From: a bacterium
GTDB lineage: Bacteria > UBA8248
Length of the DNA: 64,000 nucleotides
Assembly: GCA_963692865.2 (NCBI GenBank)
Contig: OY843592.1
Location: 96,001 to 160,000 of the forward strand
Direction: 5' to 3'
This document shows, piece by piece, positions 21,914 to 32,071 of the stretch. The position numbers and the translations under genes were made by a program. Under the pieces are notes generated by a model. It did not search any database. It was not told the DNA's origin and saw only the letters and a program-made list of their open reading frames with translations. Every line of letters begins with the position of its first letter. Within the stretch, counting starts at the first letter, position 1.

Positions 21914-22109
21914 GCTCAAAACGAAGATGAAAGTTAACAGACCGCGAATATACTCATGCTCGTTCTCATTGAATTCTAGCGCTTAGTGTCGCCACACAAT
22001 CATCATCAAGAAAACATGCTAGAGCACATTCCAGGGAATAGTTTGACAAGCATTCTCACAAGAATCTACTGTGGAGTCGGGGATTGGCATACAATCTGGG
22101 AAAAAAACC

Positions 22110-22346
22110 ATGACAAAATTCGAGATGGTGGCTCATTTTCTGCAACAATCAATGCTTTTGGTGCAACACCCCATCGTATGGGTGGCGGGCGCAGTCTATT
22201 TTGCGGGATGCGCGCTCATCGGCGTGGGGCTTTTGTTCATGCGCCGCGCAGCGATCGCGCGGGACAAGGCGCTGGACATACTTATGAGACGAGCGGAGGA
22301 AGACAGCCTCGCGCTGCGAACCCTCATCGAGCGAACGAGCAAGTAG
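22110..22346 (+). CDS. Small single-TM hypothetical protein
   Basis: Hydrophobic segment plus short helix; TTGACA upstream at 22043. Confidence 0.45.
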   Translation: MTKFEMVAHFLQQSMLLVQHPIVWVAGAVYFAGCALIGVGLLFMRRAAIARDKALDILMRRAEEDSLALRTLIERTSK

Positions 22347-22391
22347 AACCGACTATATCGACCAACCGAAAACTCAGGCGATCGCCTCGTC

Positions 22392-22895
22392 CTATTCCCC
22401 GTCCAACTCGATGTTGTCGTAATCGGGTATGGCGCCCATGCCCTTCCTGGCGGCCATGGATTTTCGCTCGTATTCCATCACCAGTTCTCCGCGCTGGTTG
22501 TAGGCGCGCGTCTTGATGGTGACGACCCCCCGATCGGGCCTGCTCTTCGACTCGCGCTTGTCGAGAATTTCCGATTCCGAATAGAGCGTATCGCCCGCGA
22601 AGACGGGGGCGGGCATCTTGATGTAGGTCCACTCCAGGTTCGCCACCGAGCGGTAGGAGGTGTCGGTGACCGTCATGCCGGCCACGACGGCCAGCGTGAG
22701 GGCGGAATTGACGAGCGGTTTTCCGAACTGGGTCTTCGACGCATAGTGGGCGTCGAAGTGAATCGGGTGGGTGTTGTTCGTCAGCAGGGTGAACCAGGTG
22801 TTGTCCGATTCGAGTATGGTGCGCCCCGGCCTGTGCTTGATGACCTCGCCCACCACGAAATCCTCATACCAGCGTCCCATCTGAAAGTTCGGCAT
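22392..22895 (-). CDS. MaoC family dehydratase
   Basis: PGRTILESDN, NTHPIHFD, PVFAGDTL. Confidence 0.92.
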   Translation of the reverse strand: MPNFQMGRWYEDFVVGEVIKHRPGRTILESDNTWFTLLTNNTHPIHFDAHYASKTQFGKPLVNSALTLAVVAGMTVTDTSYRSVANLEWTYIKMPAPVFAGDTLYSESEILDKRESKSRPDRGVVTIKTRAYNQRGELVMEYERKSMAARKGMGAIPDYDNIELDGE

Positions 22896-22998
22896 ATTCG
22901 TTCTCCTCGTTATGCTCCCGTCCACAATCAAGGCGCGCTGTCCGGCAATGCGTCCCCTCGCGGCGATGCGGACGCCTCTTTTTCCCCGTCCCCCCTTT

Positions 22999-23285
22999 TA
23001 GGGGGCTGTTGAAAAACCCCGAGGAGTAATGAATCACTCCCCCCTTGAGGGGGAGTCAGCGAGGTAAGGGCGTTAGCCCGCAAGCGAGCTGGTGGGGGGA
23101 GATTTTTTCTGTGGCATGTCCCCCCACCGAATCGGCCTTCGTCCAAAGGACTCGGCCTCTTCGACTCCCCCTCAAGGGGGGAGTGGTTGTTGAGTGCTCT
23201 ACAAGGTGATTGTGATGTCTCTTCCCTTTCAGGCCGGCTACTTACACCAAATCACAGAGGCAAGGCTTTTTCAACAACCTCTCTA
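22999..23285. mobile_element. MITE-like element with GG(C/T)TGTTGAAAAA terminal inverted repeats and internal hairpins
   Basis: Left TAGGGGGCTGTTGAAAAA, right TTTTTCAACAACCTCTCTA; internal CTCCCCCTTGAGGGGGAG pair. Confidence 0.65.
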
Positions 23286-24434
23286 AGCGGGGTATTGCTC
23301 CAGAAGCCTCTTGGCGATGATGAGGCGCTGAATCTCGTTCGAGCCCTCGCCCACCACCAGGAGCTTCGAGTCCCTGAAATAACGCTCCACGGGCAACTCC
23401 TGGATGTAGCCCATGCCGCCGTGCACCTGAATGGCCTCGCTCGCGCAGAACTCCGCCGTCTCGGAAGCGAAGAACTTGGCCATGCCGGCTTCCAGGTCGC
23501 ACCGCTTGCCCTGGGCCTTCAGGTTCGCCGCGTGATACGTCATGAGCTTCGCCGCGTGGATGCGCGTTCCCATCTCGGCGAGTTTCGCCTGTATCAACTG
23601 ATGGCCCGCCAGCGGCTTGCCGAAGGTCTCGCGCTGCTGGGAATAGCGCATCGAATCCTCAAAGGCCGCGCGCGCGAGGCCCACGCTGCGCGCCGCCACG
23701 TTGACGCGGCCGCCCTCGAGCCCGCTCATGATCATCGGGAAACCCTCGTTCTCATCACCTAAGAGATTCTCGAGCGGCACGCGCGCATCCTCGAACACCA
23801 GTTCGCTCGTGCGGATGCCCCGGTAGCCCATCTTCTTCAAGTGCCTGCTCACCTGAAAGCCGGGCGTTCCCTTGTGGACGAGGATGCAGGAGATGCCCTT
23901 CGCCTTGGGTTTTTCCGGATCGGTGCGCGCGAACACGCTGAACATCGTGCCGTGCTCGGCGTTCGAGATGAACATCTTGGAACCATTCATCACCCACTGG
24001 TCGTCTTCTCTGACGGCGCGCGTCTTGAGAGCGGCGGCGTCCGAACCCGATCCCGGCTCGGTGAGCGCCATGCCCGAGTGCCACTCGCCGGTGGCCATCT
24101 TGGGCAGGTAGGTCTTTTTCTGCTCATCCGTCCCGTAGTTCAGGATCATCCAGGCGGTCATCATGTGCGTGCCGAGAATGCCCGCCACGCTCATCCAGCC
24201 CACGGATAACTCCTCCATGGCGATGGCGTAGCACACCTCGTCCATGCCGCTCCCGCCGTATTCCTCGGGTATCGTGAAGCCGAAAAAGCCGAGTTCCTGC
24301 ATCTTCTCCACGACGGGCGTGGGGTACTTGTCGGCGAGCTCGTATTCCATGGCGATGGGCATGACCTCGCGATCCACGAATTCCTTCATCATCCGCTGAA
24401 CGCTCGTCTGTAGTTCGGTGAACTGGAAATGCAA
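23283..24434 (-). CDS. Acyl-CoA dehydrogenase
   Basis: ALTEPGSGSD, NGSKMFISN, QVHGGMGY, GEGSNEIQR. Confidence 0.95.
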   Translation of the reverse strand: MHFQFTELQTSVQRMMKEFVDREVMPIAMEYELADKYPTPVVEKMQELGFFGFTIPEEYGGSGMDEVCYAIAMEELSVGWMSVAGILGTHMMTAWMILNYGTDEQKKTYLPKMATGEWHSGMALTEPGSGSDAAALKTRAVREDDQWVMNGSKMFISNAEHGTMFSVFARTDPEKPKAKGISCILVHKGTPGFQVSRHLKKMGYRGIRTSELVFEDARVPLENLLGDENEGFPMIMSGLEGGRVNVAARSVGLARAAFEDSMRYSQQRETFGKPLAGHQLIQAKLAEMGTRIHAAKLMTYHAANLKAQGKRCDLEAGMAKFFASETAEFCASEAIQVHGGMGYIQELPVERYFRDSKLLVVGEGSNEIQRLIIAKRLLEQYPA

Positions 24435-24480
24435 GGGATGTTCCCTCCTGAAATTGAATAACCGGAATTTTCGCCAAGTA

Positions 24481-25659
24481 TTAAATCACACCGTCGGCGC
24501 GCAAGTCCGCCACGTCGTCCGGGGAGTAGCCGAGACTCTCCAGCACCTCTTCGGTATGGGCGCTCAGCCCGGGCGGTTGTTCGAGCTTTGGCGTCATCTC
24601 GCTGAATTTGACCGGAAAGCGGCACATTTTCAAGTTTCCGTATTCGCCAGCCACCTCGGGGAAAATCTCCCGGTGCGCCGTCTGGGGATGATCGCACACC
24701 TCGCCCAGATCGTTCACCGCCCCGCAGGGTACGCCGGCTTCGAGAAAAATCTTCCGCCATTCCTCGCGTTCTTTCGTGGCGAGGATCGGCAGCACCTGTT
24801 CGAGCAGCGCGTCTTTGTTCTCGTGCCTGTCGGCGTTGGTCGCGAAACGCGGGTCGTCCACCCATTCGGGATGTCCGAGGACACCTGCGAACAGCCGCCA
24901 GGTGTTCTCGTTTCCGCATGCGACGCCGATGAGCTTTCCCCCCTTGGCGGGATAGGCCCCGTAAGGCGCCAGAAAGTGATGCCCCACGCCCACGCGGCCC
25001 GGCTTGGCGCCGTGGAGGAAGTAGTGAAAGTGGAAATAGCCCTGCATGCTCACCATGCAGTCGAACATCGAGACGTCGAGCTCCTGGCCCTCGCCCGTCC
25101 TGTCGCGCTGCCTGAGCGCCATCATCGCGCCCAGGGCCACGAAAAGCCCCGTCACCCCGTCGCAGATGGAATGGGCCATCTTCGCGGGGGATTCGGGCGG
25201 CCCCGTCATCTCCATGATGCCCGCTTCGGCCTGGATGAGGCCGTCGAACGCCTTCATGTCGCGGTAGGGGCCGTCCTGCCCGTAGCCCGAGGTGTGGACG
25301 TAGATGATGTCGGGCTTTATCTTCTTCACCTCCTCGTACCCGAAGCCGAGCCTGTCGACGGCGCCGGGGCTGAAGTTTTCGAGAAAAACGTCGGCGCTCC
25401 CGAGCATCTCGCGTAAAATCTTCTTGCCGCGTTCGTCTTTCAGGTTCAGCGTCACGCTCTTCTTGTTGGGGTTCACCCAGAAGTGCACCGCCCCCTCGCC
25501 GAAGACCGCGTCGTCCCAGAGACGGACCATGTCGCCCGTGCCGGGGACTTCCACTTTCAGTACCTCCGCGCCGAAATCGGCCAGATGGCGCAGCCCCACC
25601 GGCCCGCTGATGGATACCCCCAGCGAAACGATTCGAACGCCGTCGAGCGGAAGCGCCAT
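24481..25659 (-). CDS. Family III CoA transferase (CaiB/BaiF)
   Basis: LADFGAEVLKVE, NKKSVTLNLK, ENFSPG, SGYGQDGP. Confidence 0.95.
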   Translation of the reverse strand: MALPLDGVRIVSLGVSISGPVGLRHLADFGAEVLKVEVPGTGDMVRLWDDAVFGEGAVHFWVNPNKKSVTLNLKDERGKKILREMLGSADVFLENFSPGAVDRLGFGYEEVKKIKPDIIYVHTSGYGQDGPYRDMKAFDGLIQAEAGIMEMTGPPESPAKMAHSICDGVTGLFVALGAMMALRQRDRTGEGQELDVSMFDCMVSMQGYFHFHYFLHGAKPGRVGVGHHFLAPYGAYPAKGGKLIGVACGNENTWRLFAGVLGHPEWVDDPRFATNADRHENKDALLEQVLPILATKEREEWRKIFLEAGVPCGAVNDLGEVCDHPQTAHREIFPEVAGEYGNLKMCRFPVKFSEMTPKLEQPPGLSAHTEEVLESLGYSPDDVADLRADGVI

Positions 25660-25914
25660 TTTATGACTCCCCGGAAAATCATACCTCTTCAAACGAGGCG
25701 ACAGGCTCGGCGACTGCCGATCCCATGCCCTCGCGACTCATGCGGTTTCCCGACGAATGGGTCCATGCGAAACCACGAAAGGAGACATGACAATACACCA
25801 TCGATTTTGGGGATGACAAGGCGATTTGGGGCAGGGAACCTGAAATATCGGGTGATATTCGGTTAGGATATCAACAGGCGGAGAGAACGCAAAAAGATAA
25901 CCAGAGAGGAAGAA

Positions 25915-26500
25915 ATGATGACGCGAGAAGAATTACATAAAGAGTTTGAAGCGCTTTGCAATGAAGCGATTGACCTGCTCGTAATTTTCCGCATTTATAA
26001 TGATTTGTTCAAATTCGATAACCTTGAAATCTTAAAAAATCAGCAGGGTGGTTCTTCGGGGGTCTCCAAAGCATAATACGGGAACATATTATATTGTTGG
26101 TTTGTCGTCTCACCGACCCGCCAGAAACACCCGGCAAGCCCAACCTCACAATTCCACGCATGAACAAACTGCTAAGCGAAAAAAACTCTTGGAACTCGGA
26201 AATCGAAACTCTAACAAATGGAATCATGTCTTACAGAGCGCATTTAACACCTGCACGAAACAAAATAATTGCGCATAAGGATCGTGAAACGTATTTTTCC
26301 TAAGGACCACTTGGGAAACACACAGAAAAAGAAATGAGAAAGTTTTTTGAAAACGACTTGCCAATGTATTTCGACGCAGTCGGAGAAGCCATCGGCTCTG
26401 GTCGGCAAGATTTACACGACTTACCCCCGGGCCTGGTGACGTTGATGACCTTATCGAAACCTTGAAGAAAGGACTCGGGATAATTCCAACAAGGGATTGA
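25915..26500 (+). pseudogene. Decayed paralog of the HEPN gene at 21269-21913
   Basis: MTREEL, LVCRLTDPP, RNKIIAH, KFFENDL, TLKKGL; frameshift in the A-run at about 26034-26039, TAA at 26301, second frameshift near 26430. Confidence 0.8.
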
Positions 26501-26634
26501 GCCAGCTATTTCTCCAGAAACCATATCCCGATTCATCACCCCCCACCGGTTTGCCTGCGGACTTGCGCCTTTTGCCCACCGACTCCCCCTCAAGGGGGGA
26601 GTAGTCTCGACCGAACTTGCCTTCATCTTCTTCC

Positions 26635-26979
26635 CTACGTCGTCTCCGGCGGAATGAGCGGCTCAATGAGGGAGATCAATCGCGGCAAGTCTTCCTGTAC
26701 TGTCCGCCACACGATATCGAGGTTTACGTCGAAATACGCATGAATGAGCCGATGGCGCATGGCGATGATTTCATCCCACGGAATGGCGAACAACTGCTCG
26801 CGGGCGGCTTCCGATACGCGGGTCGCGGCCTCTCCCAAGATCGCGATATCCATTACCAACGACAAGACCAACTGCCGATTCGTATTCAGATCGTCTCGCG
26901 TTCGGCCGCGCGCGAAAGACACCGCCTCTTGCGCGGCGTCCAGCATGTGCCGCAGACGAATCTCATCCTCCCTGCGCAT
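26635..26979 (-). CDS. HepT-like HEPN toxin (DUF86)
   Basis: [20 protein letters not shown]. Confidence 0.92.
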   Translation of the reverse strand: MRREDEIRLRHMLDAAQEAVSFARGRTRDDLNTNRQLVLSLVMDIAILGEAATRVSEAAREQLFAIPWDEIIAMRHRLIHAYFDVNLDIVWRTVQEDLPRLISLIEPLIPPETT

Positions 26980-27271
26980 ATTGAACTTCCGCCGCGTCCA
27001 GCACGTCTTGGCGAAAATAGCGGCTCAAATCCTCAGGCGTGCGCAAGTCCACTTTTCGCCCGCCGAACATGCACGACAATTCCCGCTCCATCCTGGCTAC
27101 GCCCAAAAGTCCCGGCGTGTGGCCCGGCTCGAACTCGACCAGCACGTCGATGTCGCTCTCGGGGCCGAAATCCTCGCGCAATGCCGAGCCGAAGATGGCG
27201 AACTTCCTCACGTCATTCGTCCGGCAAAACTCAGCGAGTCGTTCTTTCGGTATGGAAACTTGCGAGTTCAT
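26963..27271 (-). CDS. MNT nucleotidyltransferase antitoxin
   Basis: [24 protein letters not shown]. Confidence 0.92.
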   Translation of the reverse strand: MNSQVSIPKERLAEFCRTNDVRKFAIFGSALREDFGPESDIDVLVEFEPGHTPGLLGVARMERELSCMFGGRKVDLRTPEDLSRYFRQDVLDAAEVQYAQGG

Positions 27272-27446
27272 TCTCTCACCCTCATGGCCATGCGTTCCCT
27301 GCTCGATGATAAGACAAACCGAACAGGGGAAACAAACAGAGGAGATTGTTGCGGGAACCACCGCAACTCTAATTCCGCATTCCCTCTCGGCTCGGTCGGA
27401 AATGACACCTGAATGACGATGAGAGGCAACGGCGAGGCCTTCGATA

Positions 27447-27788
27447 TCACTCCCCCGCTTCGTCGAGGTAAGCCTGAAAATCTCCGCTGATCCGCGAGAT
27501 GAAGGACGCGGCGTAATCGAGGGCGATGAACTCCATGTCCTCCGGGTCGTCGTCCACCTCGTCCCTGAGCTCCGTGAGGACGCCCAGATATTCCTCGGCC
27601 CGGGGGCCTGCGGCGGCGTCTTTTTTCTCCGCAGGAGCCGCCTCCTTCTCCACGAAGTCCGCGAACGGGCCCACCTCGTAGGAGATGAAGCAGAACATGT
27701 GATAGAGCGCCTTTTCCTCGACGCCGCCCTCGCCCTGCGCGTCTTTTCTGAGTTCGTTCAGCTTCGCCAAAACGGGTTCGTGCTTCAA
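27447..27788 (-). CDS. Acidic hypothetical protein with internal two-fold repeat
   Basis: TTG start with AAGGAG RBS; two similar ~45-aa units. Confidence 0.7.
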   Translation of the reverse strand: MKHEPVLAKLNELRKDAQGEGGVEEKALYHMFCFISYEVGPFADFVEKEAAPAEKKDAAAGPRAEEYLGVLTELRDEVDDDPEDMEFIALDYAASFISRISGDFQAYLDEAGE

Positions 27789-28004
27789 CGGCGTCTCCTT
27801 ATTCCCTCATCCTGCTCGAGCAAGCGGCGTTTTATATGCGTTTCAGATAAAACTACCAGGGGAGTTATGAAAACAGCCCCTCGTTCCCGGCGAGACGGGT
27901 TCCCATCATAGGTTTCCGCGCAAACCATATCAAAATTGCCTCATCATTCAGGCGAAGCGCAGATTCCCCGCGAAGATTTCATGAGGCCGGTTTCGAAGGC
28001 CATA

Positions 28005-28904
28005 TTAAAACGCCCGCGCCTCCACGCCCGCCATGCGCTCGAGCGCCTTGACGATGGCGATGTGGTCGAGTTCCCCCTCCCCGTTCGCCACCAGGGAGTT
28101 GAAAATCTGCGCGACGAGCGATGCGCCCGGAAGCGCCACTTCGCGCTCTCGGGCCTGCTCCAAAGCGTAGCGCAAATCCTTGACGTGGCTCGTTATCTTC
28201 CCGCCGGGGGAGAAATCGCCCGAGAGGATTTTCGGCGCCTTGACCTCCAGCCCCCCGCAGCGCGCGAGTCCCGCCCCCATCACGTCCACGAGCGCCGCGG
28301 GGTCGAGGCCGGCCTTGGCCCCGAACACGAGCGCCTCGCCCACCCCCAGGAAAGTGACGGCTACCAGAATCTGGTTCGCGAGCTTGGCGATGCACCCCGA
28401 ACCCGCAGGCTCGCCTACGTGCACCACCTTCGCTCCCAAAACGTCGAGCAGGGGCTTGCAGCGCGCGAAGACGTCCCCGGGGCCTCCGGCCATGATGGCG
28501 AGCGTGCCGCCCGCAGCCCCCTCGGGCGCACCCGATACCGGCGCGTCGAGCATCCCGACGCCCTTCTCGAAAAGAGCCGCTGCCACCTCGGCGGAGAAGG
28601 CCGGGTCGTTGCTCGTGCAATCGACCAGGACGCCGCCCGGTTCCATGGCGCCGAAGAGGCCGTTTTCCGCGTATACCACGTCTTTCAGGTTCGGCGCGTC
28701 GGGCAGCATGGTGAAGACGATTTCCGAATGCGCCGCCACCTCGGCGGGCGAATCGCACGCCCTCGCGCCCTCCGCCGCGATCTCATCCACCGGCGGGCGG
28801 CTGCGGCTCGATACCGCCAGCGGATAGCCCGCCGCCAGAAACCGCCGCGCCATGGGCTTTCCCATCAATCCCAGACCCACGAAACCAACAGCCGTCTTGG
28901 GCAT
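28005..28904 (-). CDS. Beta-hydroxyacid dehydrogenase (2-hydroxy-3-oxopropionate reductase-like)
   Basis: GFVGLGLMG, LDAPVSG, AKLANQ, KDL. Confidence 0.92.
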   Translation of the reverse strand: MPKTAVGFVGLGLMGKPMARRFLAAGYPLAVSSRSRPPVDEIAAEGARACDSPAEVAAHSEIVFTMLPDAPNLKDVVYAENGLFGAMEPGGVLVDCTSNDPAFSAEVAAALFEKGVGMLDAPVSGAPEGAAGGTLAIMAGGPGDVFARCKPLLDVLGAKVVHVGEPAGSGCIAKLANQILVAVTFLGVGEALVFGAKAGLDPAALVDVMGAGLARCGGLEVKAPKILSGDFSPGGKITSHVKDLRYALEQAREREVALPGASLVAQIFNSLVANGEGELDHIAIVKALERMAGVEARAF

Positions 28905-29017
28905 CGCTCTCCTCCTGACAATGCGTAAACGCTCTTCCGGGGATGATAGGGCAACCGCATGGGCGAGACAAACGAAATCAAACCCAACCGGGAAGGAAAG
29001 GTCCATTCCGAGCGATG

Positions 29018-29264
29018 AGGGGTTGTTGAAAAAGCCCCTGAAAAACAGGGAACGGATTTCAACCCCGTACATACAGCCCGCGCCGGATGAAGGGCGAAAG
29101 CTCCTCTCTCCTCACCCCGAGCAGCCGTGAGCCAGCGTATCGAAGGGCAATCCCTCGATACGGCGGACAAGCGCGCCTACTCGGGATGAGGGGTTTGTCG
29201 AACCCCTCCTGCCCCAATCGGTTTCATGCGCCGAATCGCGAAATCAGGCTTTTTCAACGACCCC
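29018..29264. mobile_element. MITE-like element with the same TIRs carrying a REP-like pair
   Basis: GGGGTTGTTGAAAAAGCC ... GGCTTTTTCAACGACCCC; internal inverted pair at about 29110-29191. Confidence 0.6.
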
Positions 29265-29597
29265 GCCCCAGTCGGGTCCGACCCTCAGGGGAGGAGTGGT
29301 TCTCCAGGACTGGTTTCGACCGAGAAAGACAAGACCATTCTCGTAATGGCGGCCTCTCCCCGGAGGCCGCCGCGCAAGCCTCGACCCGTCCCTGCTCCTG
29401 CCTTGATTTCACCAATCATTTCCTTTTGGCCCGATATGCGGAACGAATTATCGCTATTCGAACCCCCGCCTCCCTTTTCAGGCTCCGGTCGATTTGATAA
29501 TCTTCCCGCAATCGAGATAACGCGGATCGCTCAGGAGCGCCGAGGCCGGAGGGGGCATTTCGGCCCCTCCGGATCCCCCTGCCTTGAGGAATGCACC

Positions 29598-30833
29598 ATG
29601 TATCTGAACGAAGAGCGCGCGCGCGGGCTGATGGCCGACTTCGGCTTTGACGCCATCATCGCCTCCACGCCGGAGAACGTCACCTATCTGGCCGGCACCG
29701 TGGGCTGGTCGAACAAGGTCTACGCCTACTCCGTCCACATGTTCGCCGTCTTCGCGCGCGACGAAGGCGCCGCCCCCGCCCTCATCGTGCCGGGCCAGGA
29801 GGTCACCTACGTCTCGGCCCAGCAGTCCTGGATAAAAGACCTCTACACCTTCGGCGGCAAGAGCGCGCTCATCCAGCCGCCGGGATCAGAAGCCCGGACG
29901 CCCGAGGAGGAAACCTACCTCGGCCTTTACAACGACGACGCGAAACGCGGCAAGAACCCGGGCGAGGCCCTGGGGCTTGCGCTCAGAGCGCGCGGGTTGA
30001 CCAAGGCTCGGCTCGCCCTCGATCAGGAGCGCGTCATGCCCAACGTGCGCGCCCAGATAGAGGCGGCGCTGCCGGATGCGGAGATCGTGAACGCGGCGGA
30101 TTTCTTCCGCCTGATCCGCATGGTCAAGACGCCGGACGAGATAGCCGCGCTCGCCGCCGCCGCCGAGGTGAACGAGAAGGCGGCGACCGCCGCCTCGAAC
30201 GCCGTCGCCGAGGGCGCGACCGAGCGCGAGGTGGCGTCGGTCTTCGCGGCGGAAGTGGGGCGGATGGGCGGCAAGTGGCAGTGGTTCCACTTCTGCTCGG
30301 GCCGCCGGGCGACGGGCATCTTCCCGCCCACGGACAAGAAGATCGCCAGAGGCGAGATGTGGAAGTTCGACGCCGGCGTCGTCCTGAACAACTACCAGGG
30401 GGACACCGGCTGGGGCGGCGTGCTCGGCGAGCCGACGAAAGCGCAGCTCGATTTGTGGAAGGCGACGGAAGAGGGCTTCGAGGCCGCGATGGCCAAGGTC
30501 AAGGCGGGCGTGCTCGGCTCCACGATTCACCGCACCATGCTCGAAGCCACCCGCGCGGCGGGGCTTCCCGATCACAACGGCAACTTCGCCGGCCACGCCA
30601 TCGGCCTGGAGCAGCGCGAGGTGCCCTACGTTCTCGCCGAACCCGCGCCGCAGGGCAGCCCCTTCCTGCCGGAGTCGAGCGACTTCCCGCTCGAGGCGGG
30701 CACCACGATTTGCGTCGAGAACCCCTGCCAGATATTCGGCATGGGCGGAACCCAGATAGAGAAGACCGTCGTCGTCACCGAAACCGGGTATGAGCCCGTC
30801 TACCCGCAGGAGAGGAAACTCTGGGTCGCCTAG
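29598..30833 (+). CDS. M24 (Xaa-Pro/creatinase-like) peptidase
   Basis: RMVKTPDEI, D...GD, GHAIGL, ENP, IEK metal-ligand pattern. Confidence 0.88.
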   Translation: MYLNEERARGLMADFGFDAIIASTPENVTYLAGTVGWSNKVYAYSVHMFAVFARDEGAAPALIVPGQEVTYVSAQQSWIKDLYTFGGKSALIQPPGSEARTPEEETYLGLYNDDAKRGKNPGEALGLALRARGLTKARLALDQERVMPNVRAQIEAALPDAEIVNAADFFRLIRMVKTPDEIAALAAAAEVNEKAATAASNAVAEGATEREVASVFAAEVGRMGGKWQWFHFCSGRRATGIFPPTDKKIARGEMWKFDAGVVLNNYQGDTGWGGVLGEPTKAQLDLWKATEEGFEAAMAKVKAGVLGSTIHRTMLEATRAAGLPDHNGNFAGHAIGLEQREVPYVLAEPAPQGSPFLPESSDFPLEAGTTICVENPCQIFGMGGTQIEKTVVVTETGYEPVYPQERKLWVA

Positions 30834-30877
30834 GCTTTTATGAACGATACGATGTTTACTGCGCGTTGTCGCGTTTT

Positions 30878-31188
30878 CTCGTCATTCCGGCAATCAATGC
30901 CGACCGAGAAGGGAGGGATTGCCGGAATCCAGGGAATTTCAGAACTTGCGTGGGCGCATTCATTCGAACGGTGGGGACAACCCCTCCTCGGGGTTGTCCT
31001 GCCCTCCGTGGTTGTCCTTTGTCGAACAGGCACAGAGGCCTGTGGGGCAGCCCCGAGGAGGGGCTGCCACTACGGATGACGTGGTGATTTCGTAGGGATC
31101 GCGCGTGGGCGGCCCGGCCGATGAGCCGGGACGACGATGAAAGGCGAATTCTCTGGATTTCGGATGGAAACATTCCGGAATGACGGCG
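30878..31188. repeat. Nested REP-like palindrome cluster
   Basis: gtcattccgg...ccggaatgac ends; internal GGACAACCCC/GGGGTTGTCC and GGCAGCCCC/GGGGCTGCC hairpins. Confidence 0.6.
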
Positions 31189-31257
31189 GCGCTTTCGCAT
31201 GTGATTGCTTTTTCGTTATTTGAACGAACTGATTTCAACCCGGATGAGGGACAACGA

Positions 31258-32043
31258 ATGTGCGCGACCAGGTTCATCGACTTGAGCACCCCCATCATGA
31301 ACGGCTCGAACGAGCCGCGTCCGCCCGAGGTCACCTATCTCGATCACCAGGAGTTCGGCGCGCGCTCGGCCAAGACCTGGGACATCCCGATGGAGGAGCT
31401 CCACGACGGCGTGGGCGGGGCGGCGGAGTTCGTCACCGTATCCACCCACTCGGCCACCCACATGGACGCCCCCTGGCACTACGGCCCCACCGTGGCGGGC
31501 GAGCCCTCGCGCAAGATCGACAAGGTGCCGCTGGAGTGGTGCTACGGCGACGGCGTGGTGCTGGACTTGAGGCGCAAGAAGACGGGGGACTGGATCACCG
31601 AAGAGGATATAAAAGAGTGCCTCGCCAGGATCGACTACGAGGTCAAGGCGGGCGACATCGTGCTCCTCTGGACGGGCACGGACGAGCACCGCGACAGCCC
31701 CGACTATCCCGAACTCCACCCGGGCATGAGCATCCCGGCGACGGAGTATCTGCTGGATCGGGGCGTGCGCGTCATCGGCATCGACGCCTTCGGCTTCGAC
31801 AGGCCCTTCAGCTTCCAGGTGCCCGAGTTCAAGGCGGGCAAGCGCGAATCGCTCATGCCCTGCCACCACATCCTGGGCAGGCGGCGCGAGTATTTCCAGA
31901 TCGAGCAGATCACCAACATCGGCGCGATACCGAAGCCGCACGGCTTCAAGATCTGCTGTTTTCCGATCAACGTGAAGGACGCGAGCGGCGCATGGGTGCG
32001 GCCGGTCGCGATAGTGGAGGATCAGGACGAGGATTTTTGCTGA
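31258..32043 (+). CDS. Cyclase/kynurenine formamidase family metallohydrolase
   Basis: HSATHMDAPWH, GDIVLLWTG, IGIDAFG, GAWVRPVA. Confidence 0.9.
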   Translation: MCATRFIDLSTPIMNGSNEPRPPEVTYLDHQEFGARSAKTWDIPMEELHDGVGGAAEFVTVSTHSATHMDAPWHYGPTVAGEPSRKIDKVPLEWCYGDGVVLDLRRKKTGDWITEEDIKECLARIDYEVKAGDIVLLWTGTDEHRDSPDYPELHPGMSIPATEYLLDRGVRVIGIDAFGFDRPFSFQVPEFKAGKRESLMPCHHILGRRREYFQIEQITNIGAIPKPHGFKICCFPINVKDASGAWVRPVAIVEDQDEDFC

Positions 32044-32071
32044 CTCATAATTCCCAAGGAGGAGAACTCTC

